Below, in pieces: positions 38,542 through 48,130 of a DNA stretch of 64,000 nt; positions within the stretch are counted from its first letter, which is position 1; each line of letters starts with the position of its first letter. The stretch comes from Candidatus Hodarchaeota archaeon (GTDB lineage Archaea; Asgardarchaeota; Heimdallarchaeia; Hodarchaeales; Hodarchaeaceae): NCBI GenBank assembly GCA_016839815.1, contig JAEOTM010000038.1, positions 1 to 64,000 of the forward strand, read 5' to 3'. Both the position numbers and the translations under genes were made by a program. The notes under the pieces were generated by a model that was not told the DNA's origin, did not search any database, and saw only the letters and a list, made by a program, of their open reading frames with translations.

Positions 38542-38571
38542 GTGATTTTATGCAGTACTACAAGAGAAATC

Positions 38572-39390
38572 TTAGATATCTAGATCGTACTTTATAGCAT
38601 CTTGAGGACACACTTCAATACAGCGATTGCAAAAGTAACACTCACCTTTCTTACTATGATCAAAAGCTTCCTGTGTTGGACATGTTATTTCACAATCTCC
38701 GCATTCGGTACAGTCATCTGTTCTTCGATATTTTATTGTCGCGAACTGGCTACAAAAAGCTGATGCTGCACCAAATGGACAAAAAAATCTACACCATGGT
38801 CTATATAGAAAAATACTCAGTATAGAAATCACAATCATACTAACTAGTGAGGAACCCATTATAAAAAGAAAAACTGACATCGGACTCGTCACTGAAACTA
38901 GATTAAATCCAATAATACTGGTAATGATTAAAACACAAAAGTAGATCCAACGGATTCGAGTAGATATTCGTGAGGATATTTCTACATGGGTTGTGTTTTT
39001 CTGATATTTCGTAAAATCAGATGGAAAATTAATTTGCGATATTAGTTCCTGTATTACTCCTACAGGACATCCATAACCACAGAAAACTCGGCCAACGACA
39101 AAAGAGAATGCTATTATCACAGTACAAATTGCAAGGGGATGAAGAACGGATATTAATCCTCCTCCGCTTGCAATCGTCGTTAATGTATATTCGATTGGCA
39201 ATACTACATGTGGAATTCCCCCAAGAATAACTCCTGCAATTATTAATGTAGTTAGATAAAGAGTAATCCTCTTTTTCCTATTCAGAGACCTTGAATCGAT
39301 CAGTCCAAGGCTAACAATGAATATGACCATCCAATACAGGATCATTGGAGCTGGAGAATCACGAGGAACGAGTTCGAATTGGTTTATCAT
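38572..39390 (-). CDS. Membrane 4Fe-4S binding protein (NapH/MauN/YccM-like polyferredoxin)
   Basis: GRVFCGYGCPVG, RPWCRFFCPFGA, CTECGDCEITCP, CYFCNRCIEVCP. Confidence 0.92.
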   Translation of the reverse strand: MINQFELVPRDSPAPMILYWMVIFIVSLGLIDSRSLNRKKRITLYLTTLIIAGVILGGIPHVVLPIEYTLTTIASGGGLISVLHPLAICTVIIAFSFVVGRVFCGYGCPVGVIQELISQINFPSDFTKYQKNTTHVEISSRISTRIRWIYFCVLIITSIIGFNLVSVTSPMSVFLFIMGSSLVSMIVISILSIFLYRPWCRFFCPFGAASAFCSQFATIKYRRTDDCTECGDCEITCPTQEAFDHSKKGECYFCNRCIEVCPQDAIKYDLDI

Positions 39391-39504
39391 TAGGAGGTGG
39401 ACTGCTTTCGATCAAACTTTAAAATTTCTCTTATTCAGATGATGTTATTAATTGGGAATGAGCCCAGAAGCTTCAATAAATGGCGATGTAAACATCCTTA
39501 AATT

Positions 39505-40116
39505 GTGAGAATTCTATTATCTGCTGATCTAGAAGGAAGATTTTCTCGCTTAAATCAACTAGTCACACATTTAGAAGTTGAAATGATTTGCATTTGCTGT
39601 GGTGATATTTTTGATTATCATCATCCACCTAATGATGATTTCAAATTTCCATTACGATTTTTTAGTGTAAAGGGAAACAAAGAATTATGGGGGGGAGTAA
39701 AATTTCAGAAGTCTCTCAGAGTCTTACCTAACTTTTATTGGCTTAATGAACACCTCGACGATCTTCTAGACCTCACGGGTTTACATTTTTATGGTATCGA
39801 TCATATGCATGAACCAACGAGGATTCCAGAAGAGATTGATGTCCTTATTTCTCATCGTCCTGCTTTTGGTTTAGCTGATAAGTGTGGAAACCCTAGAAAT
39901 GGAAAAATGTTTAATCATTGTGGAAGTAAGGCTGTAAGAGCACTCATCGATAATTTCTCTCCCCAATTGTTTGTCGCTGGACATATTCATCATTTTCAAA
40001 CTCAGAAACTAGATAAAACTCTGGCGATCACCCTTCCTCCTGGTCTTAGTCCTCCAATTGTGATGATAGAAGACAGAACCGTTAATATTGATGATCAAAG
40101 CGTGTTGACTTTATGA
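39505..40116 (+). CDS. Calcineurin-like metallophosphoesterase
   Basis: SADLEG, GDIF, GNKE, SHRP, GHIH; some metal ligands are substituted. Confidence 0.85.
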   Translation: MRILLSADLEGRFSRLNQLVTHLEVEMICICCGDIFDYHHPPNDDFKFPLRFFSVKGNKELWGGVKFQKSLRVLPNFYWLNEHLDDLLDLTGLHFYGIDHMHEPTRIPEEIDVLISHRPAFGLADKCGNPRNGKMFNHCGSKAVRALIDNFSPQLFVAGHIHHFQTQKLDKTLAITLPPGLSPPIVMIEDRTVNIDDQSVLTL

Positions 40117-40381
40117 TCGAGAGAGGCTTTATGACAATTTTCTGAAGATTAGAGGAACAAAAGACGACAAAATAGGTCAAATTTCTTTAGTTTCTATGTA
40201 TAAATCGCTGACACTCCCCTCTGTGGGATGATATTTTCTATGTATTACCCGATTTTAAAACACCAGTTTCTACTCTTCAGCTTAGATTGTCCTAGATTAT
40301 ATCCGAGGACATTCTTCAGTTCGATTTATTAACTTTCACCCTTTAATTTAAGAGTAGTCGAAGAGATTTTGGGGTATTAGC

Positions 40382-40711
40382 ATGTTAATCACAAATGATG
40401 AAGAAAAATCGCTTTTCCAAATTTCTAATGATGTATCTGGAGAGCTTGAACCGTATAAGGATCCTTCTCAGCAGTTAAAGAAAGAATCTGTTTATGTATT
40501 ACTTGATAATGCATTGAAGAAAATTTTCTTATGGATTGGTCAATCTGCAGGTGTTCGTTCCCGATTTATTGCTACAAATGCAGCTCAAAATTTACAAAGA
40601 GTTAAGGGACTTACTCACCGAGTTATTACGATTGATCAAGGTGACGAAACATCAGAATTTTTAATTTCGATTTCGTCCATGATTGTACCTGACCAATTTT
40701 CCAAAGAATAA
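40382..40711 (+). CDS. Single-domain gelsolin-like protein (ESP)
   Basis: VYVLLD...IFLWIGQSAG...F.A...A..L...V..IDQGDETSEF matches the gelsolin/villin core. Confidence 0.85.
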   Translation: MLITNDEEKSLFQISNDVSGELEPYKDPSQQLKKESVYVLLDNALKKIFLWIGQSAGVRSRFIATNAAQNLQRVKGLTHRVITIDQGDETSEFLISISSMIVPDQFSKE

Positions 40712-40782
40712 GTTACCATTGTTCATTATTTCTTGAACTTCTTTAAAGGAAAAGAAACCGAATCTAGGTCAATTCTGTTTCG

Positions 40783-41259
40783 TCATTCAACCTTTGGACC
40801 TAAGATCCGTTCTTTCTCTTGCTCAAATTCTGATTCAGTAATAATTCCCCTTTCACGAAGTGCAGCTAGTCTTTCCAATTTTGATATTCGGTCTGAACCT
40901 GAAAATGTACGATCGACAGCCGATGAAAGTTGTTTATCAATCTGAATTGCACCCTTACCGATAAAATAGGTGAACACAAGAAAGAGAAATCCAACCGCCA
41001 TAAGGACGATTCCCACAAGGAGTATAAGAGCAGTGGCGATTAAGGGACTTGTTGTTCCTTGAGTACCAATTGCTAGGATTTCGACTTCAGAAAGAATTTC
41101 AGGATAAGCTAATGGAATCCAGCTAATTGCAATTATTAATCCGCCTGAAAATGATAGTACCGTTCCAGTTACTCCAACAACAAACATTAGGAGAAGAACA
41201 ACGAATCCAGCTACCCCTCGATATGCTAATTTTATTAACCCGCTACCTACATCACTCAT
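40783..41259 (-). CDS. Membrane protein with C-terminal SHOCT domain
   Basis: Hydrophobic helices, then LERLAALRERGIITESEFEQEKERIL. Confidence 0.88.
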   Translation of the reverse strand: MSDVGSGLIKLAYRGVAGFVVLLLMFVVGVTGTVLSFSGGLIIAISWIPLAYPEILSEVEILAIGTQGTTSPLIATALILLVGIVLMAVGFLFLVFTYFIGKGAIQIDKQLSSAVDRTFSGSDRISKLERLAALRERGIITESEFEQEKERILGPKVE

Positions 41260-41439
41260 GATTAGTTCCTTCTGTGATAGCTCCGTATCTACACTAATTT
41301 TAACTTTCTATTAAGAGTACTCCTTGAGGTAGAGAATTTTCTATAATTCTTCTTACTTGACATTTACCCTATATATATCTGAAATGTCTACCCAATGAGT
41401 AGAAACTTGCTTTCTTAGTAGTAATTTCTGCATTCCCTT

Positions 41440-43989
41440 TTATGTGAAGAACAAAATTTCCCCTTTTCCACTTAATTCCAAAAATTTACTTTTACCAGTT
41501 TGATGTTCAACAAGATATCCTCTAGATACAAGATGTTTTATTCTCTTCCTAGCTGTTGGTCTGCTTATTTCGAGAGTTTCCCCAATATCAGAATATGAAG
41601 GTTTAACTCCTACACCGTTCTGTTGGAATACGTACTTCATAATATCAAGAAATTCTTCAGAAAATTTGGCTATAAAACGTGGTTCAAGCGAATATGTTTC
41701 TTTCTCCAAAATGCGAATCTCTCTATCTTTCAGAGTAGAAACGTCTACAGACAATAACACTACCAGATTATTATAGTAAGTGAGTTCATTTAGTTTGAAG
41801 ATGAATTTGGTGACATTTTCGTAGCCCTCTTTAATAAATAAATATCCTAAGCGATCGAACAGAAATACTGACTTTTGTGGAATATCATTCATCACATTCA
41901 GTAATGTTTCAAAATTATTTTTCTCCGTTAGATGAAAAAAAGTTGTTTTTGCTTCAATATGACTATTATAATCCTTTTTTGGAGTACGAGAAACAATATA
42001 TCCAGTATAACCAACTTTAACAAGATCTTCAAGGACAGTTTTAGAGACTCTAGGTGAGTTTTCCTTTATAAGATACATCTTACCGTCCTCAATTTTGAAT
42101 TTTAGCAACTGTGATTTAAGGTCTTCCTCTTTTTCCTTCAGGGCTGAAATATCTTCAATCATTGCTAGGAAGAAAGAAGGATCTCCCTTCTCGTTTCTTA
42201 AAAGGGTAACAGTAATTCGTGCCCAGAAGGAGTCTTGAGATTTCTTGATATAACGCTTTTCAGTCTCATACACTGAAATATTTCCCTCCACCAATTGTTT
42301 AGCAAATTTTACATCTCTTTTGACATGATCAGGGTGTGTGATATCTGGGAAAGATAATTTGGTTAATTCATATTCCGTGTACCCAAGCATTTTACAAAAT
42401 ACCTCATTTACCTGACTGAATTGGAAATTCAAGTTAGTTAATGACATCCCAATGGGAGCGTTTTCAAAAATTGACCTGAATTTCTCCTCACTTTCTCTGA
42501 GTTCTTCTTCCATCATTTTCTGTTCAGTTACGTCTGTGGTTATTATTCCTAGGCCATCTCCGACTTTAAATGCCTTTAATGATAAACGAACATCTCCAAA
42601 AATTTCAGATGGTGCTGTTCGGTCTGCAATAAACGGATTCCCTGTTTTGAGAACTTGCTTGTAGATTTGGATATCTCCAGGAAGGTTTAGGAAATTGCTG
42701 ATATGCCATCCTGGTAAACTCTTCTCATCAATTGCTCTAGTTAATAACTTTAATGCTACCTTATTTGCTATAACGAGATTTAAATTGGAATCCCAAAGAG
42801 AAAAAGAATCAGTAGCAGCATCCATAAATCCTCTGAGCAATTCTTCGTTTGTTCGCAGTTCTTCCTCCATTTTTTTTCGTTCAGTAATATCTGTCGTTAT
42901 GATTCCTAATCCATCTCCCATTTTGAACGCTTTTTGAGAAACTGTTATATTTCCATATTTTTCGGGTGGTCCAATCCTATCAGCGATGAACGGTTTTCCA
43001 GTTTTGAGAACCTCTGTGTAGAACTTAACATCTTCGGGATTTGGATGAAAGGCAGAGATATGTTTTCCTAGAATCTCCTCCTTCTTTACCCTATCCGTAA
43101 ATTTTTCTAAACCAGTTATATTGACATCTAACAATTTTAAATCCGAATCCCAGATAGAAAATGCATCAGTAGCAGCATCCATAAATCCTCTAAGTCTCTC
43201 CTCACTTTCTCGTACTTGTCGTTCCATTAATCTTCTTTCTGTAATATCTCGTATGATTGTTAATACCTGTAGAACTTTTTTTTGATTTTTATCGAAGATC
43301 GGAATTTTTTTCGTCTCAGTAACGTATATATCCCCCCTAATATCAGTTTTTTCCTCAGTGACAACGATCTGTCCAGTTTTGAACACACAGTCGTATTCAG
43401 TATAGACTGTTTTGGGTAGAAATGGAAAAGCTTCAGATACCTTCTTTCCAATTATTACTGGATTAAGTTTTAAGTTTCTTAGCCAAGGATAAAAGGCTTG
43501 ATTCGTTAATACAATCATGTAATCTTGGTCAATTACATGTATTGGATCTCCGATGGAATTAATTGCAGTTCGATACTGTTCTTCAGATGCTCGTAATGCA
43601 TCTTCCATTTGATTACGTTCAGTAATATCACGTGCAATTCCTAGATATCCTGTTATCTTTCCATTAGTCCACTGAGGTGTAGCTTTAGCTTCAAGAACTA
43701 TGATCTCCCCTTGTGAAGTCGTAAGTCGTGCAGAATAAGGTGGAGGTGATTCTCCACGTATTGTTACCTTAAATCCTTCCTTTACGACTTCATGATCCTC
43801 AGGGTTGACTATTTCTAAAAAGTGCCTCCCTAGCCAGTTTTCTCTAGACCATCCAGTTAGAGTTTCGAATTCTCGAGATACTGATGTGATAAAGCCCTCG
43901 CTATCAAGAGTGAAAATTATATCTCTGAGATTTTCCCAAATGTAATTGAATAATTCTTCTGAAAATTGTGTCGTGGTCACTACAAACAT
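41440..43989 (-). CDS. One-component regulator: five PAS/PAC domains, DUF835-like domain and C-terminal wHTH
   Basis: PAC ends ARDITER, IRDITER, TTDITER, TTDVTEQ, IEDISAL; SVFLFDRLGYL (DUF835-like); PSYSDIGETLEISRPTARKRIKHLVSRGYL. Confidence 0.9.
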   Translation of the reverse strand: MFVVTTTQFSEELFNYIWENLRDIIFTLDSEGFITSVSREFETLTGWSRENWLGRHFLEIVNPEDHEVVKEGFKVTIRGESPPPYSARLTTSQGEIIVLEAKATPQWTNGKITGYLGIARDITERNQMEDALRASEEQYRTAINSIGDPIHVIDQDYMIVLTNQAFYPWLRNLKLNPVIIGKKVSEAFPFLPKTVYTEYDCVFKTGQIVVTEEKTDIRGDIYVTETKKIPIFDKNQKKVLQVLTIIRDITERRLMERQVRESEERLRGFMDAATDAFSIWDSDLKLLDVNITGLEKFTDRVKKEEILGKHISAFHPNPEDVKFYTEVLKTGKPFIADRIGPPEKYGNITVSQKAFKMGDGLGIITTDITERKKMEEELRTNEELLRGFMDAATDSFSLWDSNLNLVIANKVALKLLTRAIDEKSLPGWHISNFLNLPGDIQIYKQVLKTGNPFIADRTAPSEIFGDVRLSLKAFKVGDGLGIITTDVTEQKMMEEELRESEEKFRSIFENAPIGMSLTNLNFQFSQVNEVFCKMLGYTEYELTKLSFPDITHPDHVKRDVKFAKQLVEGNISVYETEKRYIKKSQDSFWARITVTLLRNEKGDPSFFLAMIEDISALKEKEEDLKSQLLKFKIEDGKMYLIKENSPRVSKTVLEDLVKVGYTGYIVSRTPKKDYNSHIEAKTTFFHLTEKNNFETLLNVMNDIPQKSVFLFDRLGYLFIKEGYENVTKFIFKLNELTYYNNLVVLLSVDVSTLKDREIRILEKETYSLEPRFIAKFSEEFLDIMKYVFQQNGVGVKPSYSDIGETLEISRPTARKRIKHLVSRGYLVEHQTGKSKFLELSGKGEILFFT

Positions 43990-44084
43990 TCTCTCCGATA
44001 CTGGTATGTAGTGAAAATGGTTATATCATTTTTATAAAATAATCGGACTTCAATTATCGAAAAAAGAACTGCTTTTTGACCAAT

Positions 44085-44283
44085 AAAAAATTAGAAAATA
44101 GGTTAAGAGGGGGGAGGGAGGGAAAGTCAGCAATTTAAAAAAACTAAGTTTTTTGGTTCGCCGACTCTCCATCGCATGTGTTTTTTTTTCTTTTCAGCTA
44201 TCAGATAAAGTCTGAATAACTGCGTCGAAAATTGGGTTTATTTGGTACAAAAAAATTATTGTTTTTTTATCCCGCACTTACCC
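44085..44283 (-). ncRNA. Candidate structured non-coding RNA
   Basis: TATA-like TTTATATA (44314-44307) about 24 nt upstream; three hairpins, two with G-U pairs that form only on the minus strand; pyrimidine/T-rich 3' end. Confidence 0.4.
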
Positions 44284-44437
44284 TGAATAGTATTGTACTT
44301 TCCATTTATATAAATATATAGCAACATATGTAACAAATCATGGAAATCAAAATCCCCTCTACGACATTATTTCGAATTTCGTAAAAACTCTGCAAAATTT
44401 TATTCCATTATATGCTTATATTATTCCTTTTATTAAA

Positions 44438-45253
44438 TCATAAATAGCTATGTTTGAGCATATATGCACGACCAGTTACATGTACTCCTTCCAGTAGGAC
44501 TTGAAGAATATCATCTGGGAAAACATACCCTTGATTTTTTATTTCATCTTTTAGAACTGTTTCAACCTTTATGAGTTGTTGAATGGACGGATTTTCCAGA
44601 AGATTCGAAAACAATGCATAAATATCCTCTTTCATTCCCATTCGTTTTGCATGTTCGGTCCACCACTTTAAAGATGGTGTCCAAGATTTTTGTAATGTAA
44701 ACCAGAGGTGTATCGCAGTTATGATTGCACGATAAAGGTTTAACATTGAGTCTGGTGTATACCCTCGTTTCTCGGTAACCATTGCGTAATAGCGAGATAC
44801 TAAGAGATCGATGAATTTCGTCTTTAAGCGTTGTTCATGTTCGTTTTCTGGGTAGTGAGAAATTGCCTCTTTCCACTTAATCACTTTTCCATACGGATCA
44901 TAGATAATTTTCCCCTCTACCCATGCCCAATGGTCGATATCCTTAGGTGAGGTCAAGATTTGATGGGCACATTCTTCTGACCAAAGTGAAAAATCTATAA
45001 GTACTTTTTTTGGTTCTATATCTAGATTATACAGTACATATGCTGTTTCTTTTACCTTAAGTGTATTGTAATATTCATCTGTCACGAGAACAAGTGCATC
45101 CCAATCAGTATCGGATTCTCCGAACCCTGTTGCCCGACTACCCCATAACATAATCCCCAATACATAATCTTTTTCCATATAGTCTTTTATCTTATCAAGA
45201 ACTTGTTTATTCGTTATCTGAGTCATCCACTGATTATTATCTGCCTCATTCAT
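44438..45253 (-). CDS. Pol-beta-superfamily nucleotidyltransferase domain protein with helical C-terminal domain (DUF4037-like)
   Basis: LWGSRATGFGESDTDWDALV (GS...DxD); WTPSLKW. Confidence 0.82.
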   Translation of the reverse strand: MNEADNNQWMTQITNKQVLDKIKDYMEKDYVLGIMLWGSRATGFGESDTDWDALVLVTDEYYNTLKVKETAYVLYNLDIEPKKVLIDFSLWSEECAHQILTSPKDIDHWAWVEGKIIYDPYGKVIKWKEAISHYPENEHEQRLKTKFIDLLVSRYYAMVTEKRGYTPDSMLNLYRAIITAIHLWFTLQKSWTPSLKWWTEHAKRMGMKEDIYALFSNLLENPSIQQLIKVETVLKDEIKNQGYVFPDDILQVLLEGVHVTGRAYMLKHSYL

Positions 45254-45425
45254 CGTTTTTACCAGCTAGAAATTTCTTAACATTAATTTCGGATAAGAGC
45301 TTATTGTGTTATTAGAAGCATTGATTGTGACATGTCAAGAAATCACTGTAATTGAAGTGAAATTGCACTCCTTATTTCATCAAAACTATGATAAATTTTA
45401 CGAAATTCAAGGTTTGTGATGAACT

Positions 45426-46133
45426 ATGGCCGATGATCCTCAAATACTTATGGAATTTGCTTTCAATATCCTCTATCTTGTATTTATCTGGTTTATTGTA
45501 GCTTCAATGACATTAAATTTCTCTAAAGTGTCTATGGAAGATCAACGAACTGCTAAGTTATTTCGATTAGCACTATTTCTACTTGCTTTAGGGGATACTG
45601 GTCATGTGGGATTTCGAGTATTAGCATATCTTACCGGAGGATTAGAGACAAACACCACACTAGTTGGATTAGGCGCTCTTTCAACAGCAATTACCATCAC
45701 ATTCTTCTATATGATCCTTCTTGAAATTTGGCGAGTCAATTTTAGCCGTGAAAAAACGCTTTTTTACTATCTACTACAGGGAATTGGAGTTCTCCGTCTT
45801 CTCATTATGACTTTCCCCCAGAATGAATGGGGAAATTTATATCCTCCTGCTGGATGGGGATTACTCCGAAACATCCCACTTACGATTATAGGACTATTTG
45901 TAGCTTTTCTGATGCTACGAGACGGATTTGACAAAAAAGATTCTCGGTTTAAGACTTTTGGTTACTGTATTAGTGTTTCTTATGCATTTTACATACCAGT
46001 AATTCTGTTTGTTCGAGATTTTCCTATTATTGGTATGTTAATGATTCCTAAGACAGTTGCGTACATGGTAATGGCATGGTTGGCGTATAAACATTATTTT
46101 GGGAGGCTAATTACAAACTTACATAAAGAATGA
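45426..46133 (+). CDS. Hypothetical integral membrane protein (~7 TM)
   Basis: Seven hydrophobic segments; LGDTGHVGFR, RNIP and GMLMIPKT look like conserved motifs. Confidence 0.8.
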   Translation: MADDPQILMEFAFNILYLVFIWFIVASMTLNFSKVSMEDQRTAKLFRLALFLLALGDTGHVGFRVLAYLTGGLETNTTLVGLGALSTAITITFFYMILLEIWRVNFSREKTLFYYLLQGIGVLRLLIMTFPQNEWGNLYPPAGWGLLRNIPLTIIGLFVAFLMLRDGFDKKDSRFKTFGYCISVSYAFYIPVILFVRDFPIIGMLMIPKTVAYMVMAWLAYKHYFGRLITNLHKE

Positions 46134-46148
46134 ACTTAATTTTTACTT

Positions 46149-46841
46149 ATGTCTTTCTTTGTTTCATCCTCACCAGAAGACGCTATGGGGACACCAGAAC
46201 AGCGTGAACCCCGTATTAGTACCATTATCTCCTATCTTGGTATTTCGACCATTGGGGAACTCATCTGGGTGCAACGCACACTAGAACGAAATTTTCAGAC
46301 TAAACAACTTGAATCGGATAATGCCTCCATCAATATATATGAGCAGAAAAAGCAGGAAATCGAAAACTTACTAATGAACAATCAATCGATGATTTCAAAG
46401 ATTTCCAACCTACAGGATGAAAAACAATCTGTTCTGAATCAAGTAGAAAACCTGAAAACTGACCTTACGCGGCTTTCCTCACAAAAAACAGTGGTTGAAA
46501 ATGAAAGGGATTTCCTCGCAGGTGAATTATACAGAATTGGGAACCTATATCAGGAAATAACTGGAAAACAGGCAAAACAAGAGGATCTAAGAGGAATATT
46601 AAGTATTTACATTACTCTAATGGAAGAAGTTTTTTCAGGGAGGGCTCATTTCAAAGTTTTGTCAATAATTCACGGAGAAAAGGAGCTTTGGAGTCGGGAT
46701 GAGCTTGTTAAAAGTACTGGTATTTCTGAAATTAAGTTAAGATCAGTTCTTGGGGATTTAGTTAGAGCAAATATGATCTCTTATGATGAAGAAATGACTA
46801 CTGTGAAACTTACTAGACGTCTTTCTACCCTGGATGAATAA
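46149..46841 (+). CDS. Coiled-coil protein with C-terminal winged helix
   Basis: About 75-aa heptad region; SRDELVKSTGISEIKLRSVLGDLVRANMISYD. Start may be MGTPEQ. Confidence 0.75.
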   Translation: MSFFVSSSPEDAMGTPEQREPRISTIISYLGISTIGELIWVQRTLERNFQTKQLESDNASINIYEQKKQEIENLLMNNQSMISKISNLQDEKQSVLNQVENLKTDLTRLSSQKTVVENERDFLAGELYRIGNLYQEITGKQAKQEDLRGILSIYITLMEEVFSGRAHFKVLSIIHGEKELWSRDELVKSTGISEIKLRSVLGDLVRANMISYDEEMTTVKLTRRLSTLDE

Positions 46842-46853
46842 TAACTCCTTCTT

Positions 46854-47063
46854 TTAAAAGTTTGGAAGAAAAATTTCCTTGTATTGGACTAAAGATTTCT
46901 TAGAGATCGTTAATCTTAACCCACAAGTTACGCAGTTAATTAAGACTTTCTGAGGATGTTCTTTAAATGATAAGTTCCATGAACGACAGCGTGGACATTC
47001 TAGTGTAAATCCCAGAACTTTTTCTAGCTTAGATGAGCTATTTTTCCATTCAGGTTTGACCAT
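46854..47063 (-). CDS. Small C4 zinc-ribbon protein
   Basis: CPRC-x17-CVTC. Confidence 0.65.
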   Translation of the reverse strand: MVKPEWKNSSSKLEKVLGFTLECPRCRSWNLSFKEHPQKVLINCVTCGLRLTISKKSLVQYKEIFLPNF

Positions 47064-47117
47064 TATATTGAAGTAACTACATACAGTGTTTTTTATATCC
47101 CAAGAATTTTCTTCCTC

Positions 47118-48107
47118 CTAATTATGACCTATGATTGGCATTGAAATATAAAACTCCTCTAGACGTTGTATTTCATCAGGAGTAAGCTTAATATCCACTG
47201 CTTCGACAATTTCTTCGACATAAGAAACTTTTGTTATCCCCACAATTGGTGCTGTGATCACCTCTTTTGAAAATAACCAAGCTAATGCTACTTGTATTGG
47301 AGAGATATCTTTTTCTTGAGCGATCGTAACTACTCGATCTACAATCTTGAAATCCTCTGGTTTAAAAAAACGACTTTTTAGATATTTATCATGTTGGAAA
47401 CGAGCCGACTCCACCGATTTTGTAGCAGAATATTTTCCTGATAAAAATCCTCGTGCAAGTGGAGACCATGGTATGACACCAATCCCTTGATCTTTACACA
47501 ATGGTAACATTTCCCTTTCTTCTTCTCTGTAAAGCAAATTATAGTGATTTTGCATCGTTTTAAACGACTCTAATCCATACTTATCCGCAATCCACAAGCT
47601 TTTCGTGAATTGCCACGCAAACATTGAGCTAGCACCAATATGTAGTACTTTACCTTGATCTATTAAATGGTTCAAGGTCCGAAGAATGCTTTCAAGGGGA
47701 ACGTTTGGATCTAGACGATGTATTTGATAAAGGTCGACATATTTCATATTAAGACGCTTCAAAGAATCATCTATTGCACGATAGATATGATAACGTGAAA
47801 GTCCGCTCTGATTCGGTGAAGAGGTTTCAGTAAATCCTTCTATGGGGAAAAAAACTTTCGTAGCAATAACTACCTCATCCCGATAATCCCCTAACAATGT
47901 ACCTGTTATTTCCTCTGACTTTCCTTGTGAGTATACATTTGCTGTATCAAAAAAATTTATTCCTAGGTCAAGTGCTTTCTTAACTATTGGTCGTGCTTCA
48001 TCTAATGACAAAGTCCATTTAGAAACAGTTGGATCACCATAGGACATCATTCCCAGGCATATCCGCGACACCTCTAATCCAGTCTGTCCCAATCTAACGT
48101 ATTTCAT
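47118..48107 (-). CDS. Aldo/keto reductase
   Basis: LGQTGLEVSRICLG, DTANVY, IATK, DLYQIH, PWSPLARG. Confidence 0.96.
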   Translation of the reverse strand: MKYVRLGQTGLEVSRICLGMMSYGDPTVSKWTLSLDEARPIVKKALDLGINFFDTANVYSQGKSEEITGTLLGDYRDEVVIATKVFFPIEGFTETSSPNQSGLSRYHIYRAIDDSLKRLNMKYVDLYQIHRLDPNVPLESILRTLNHLIDQGKVLHIGASSMFAWQFTKSLWIADKYGLESFKTMQNHYNLLYREEEREMLPLCKDQGIGVIPWSPLARGFLSGKYSATKSVESARFQHDKYLKSRFFKPEDFKIVDRVVTIAQEKDISPIQVALAWLFSKEVITAPIVGITKVSYVEEIVEAVDIKLTPDEIQRLEEFYISMPIIGHN

Positions 48108-48130
48108 GATAATTCAAGATTGGTTTTTCT

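Noticed and set aside
42452-43451. Short ORFs antisense or out of frame within long genes (here and at e.g. 4249, 5480, 6392, 11541, 12599, 29287, 59324)
   Set aside because: They are shadows of well-supported genes and carry no independent motifs.
44100-44290. tRNA, SRP RNA or a known riboswitch
   Set aside because: No cloverleaf, T-loop, SRP helix-8 motif or aptamer consensus was recognised; kept only as an unclassified ncRNA candidate.
44438-45253. MNT-HEPN toxin-antitoxin or CBASS cyclase
   Set aside because: No adjacent HEPN (Rx4-6H) toxin or CBASS effector gene; it looks like a stand-alone NTase.
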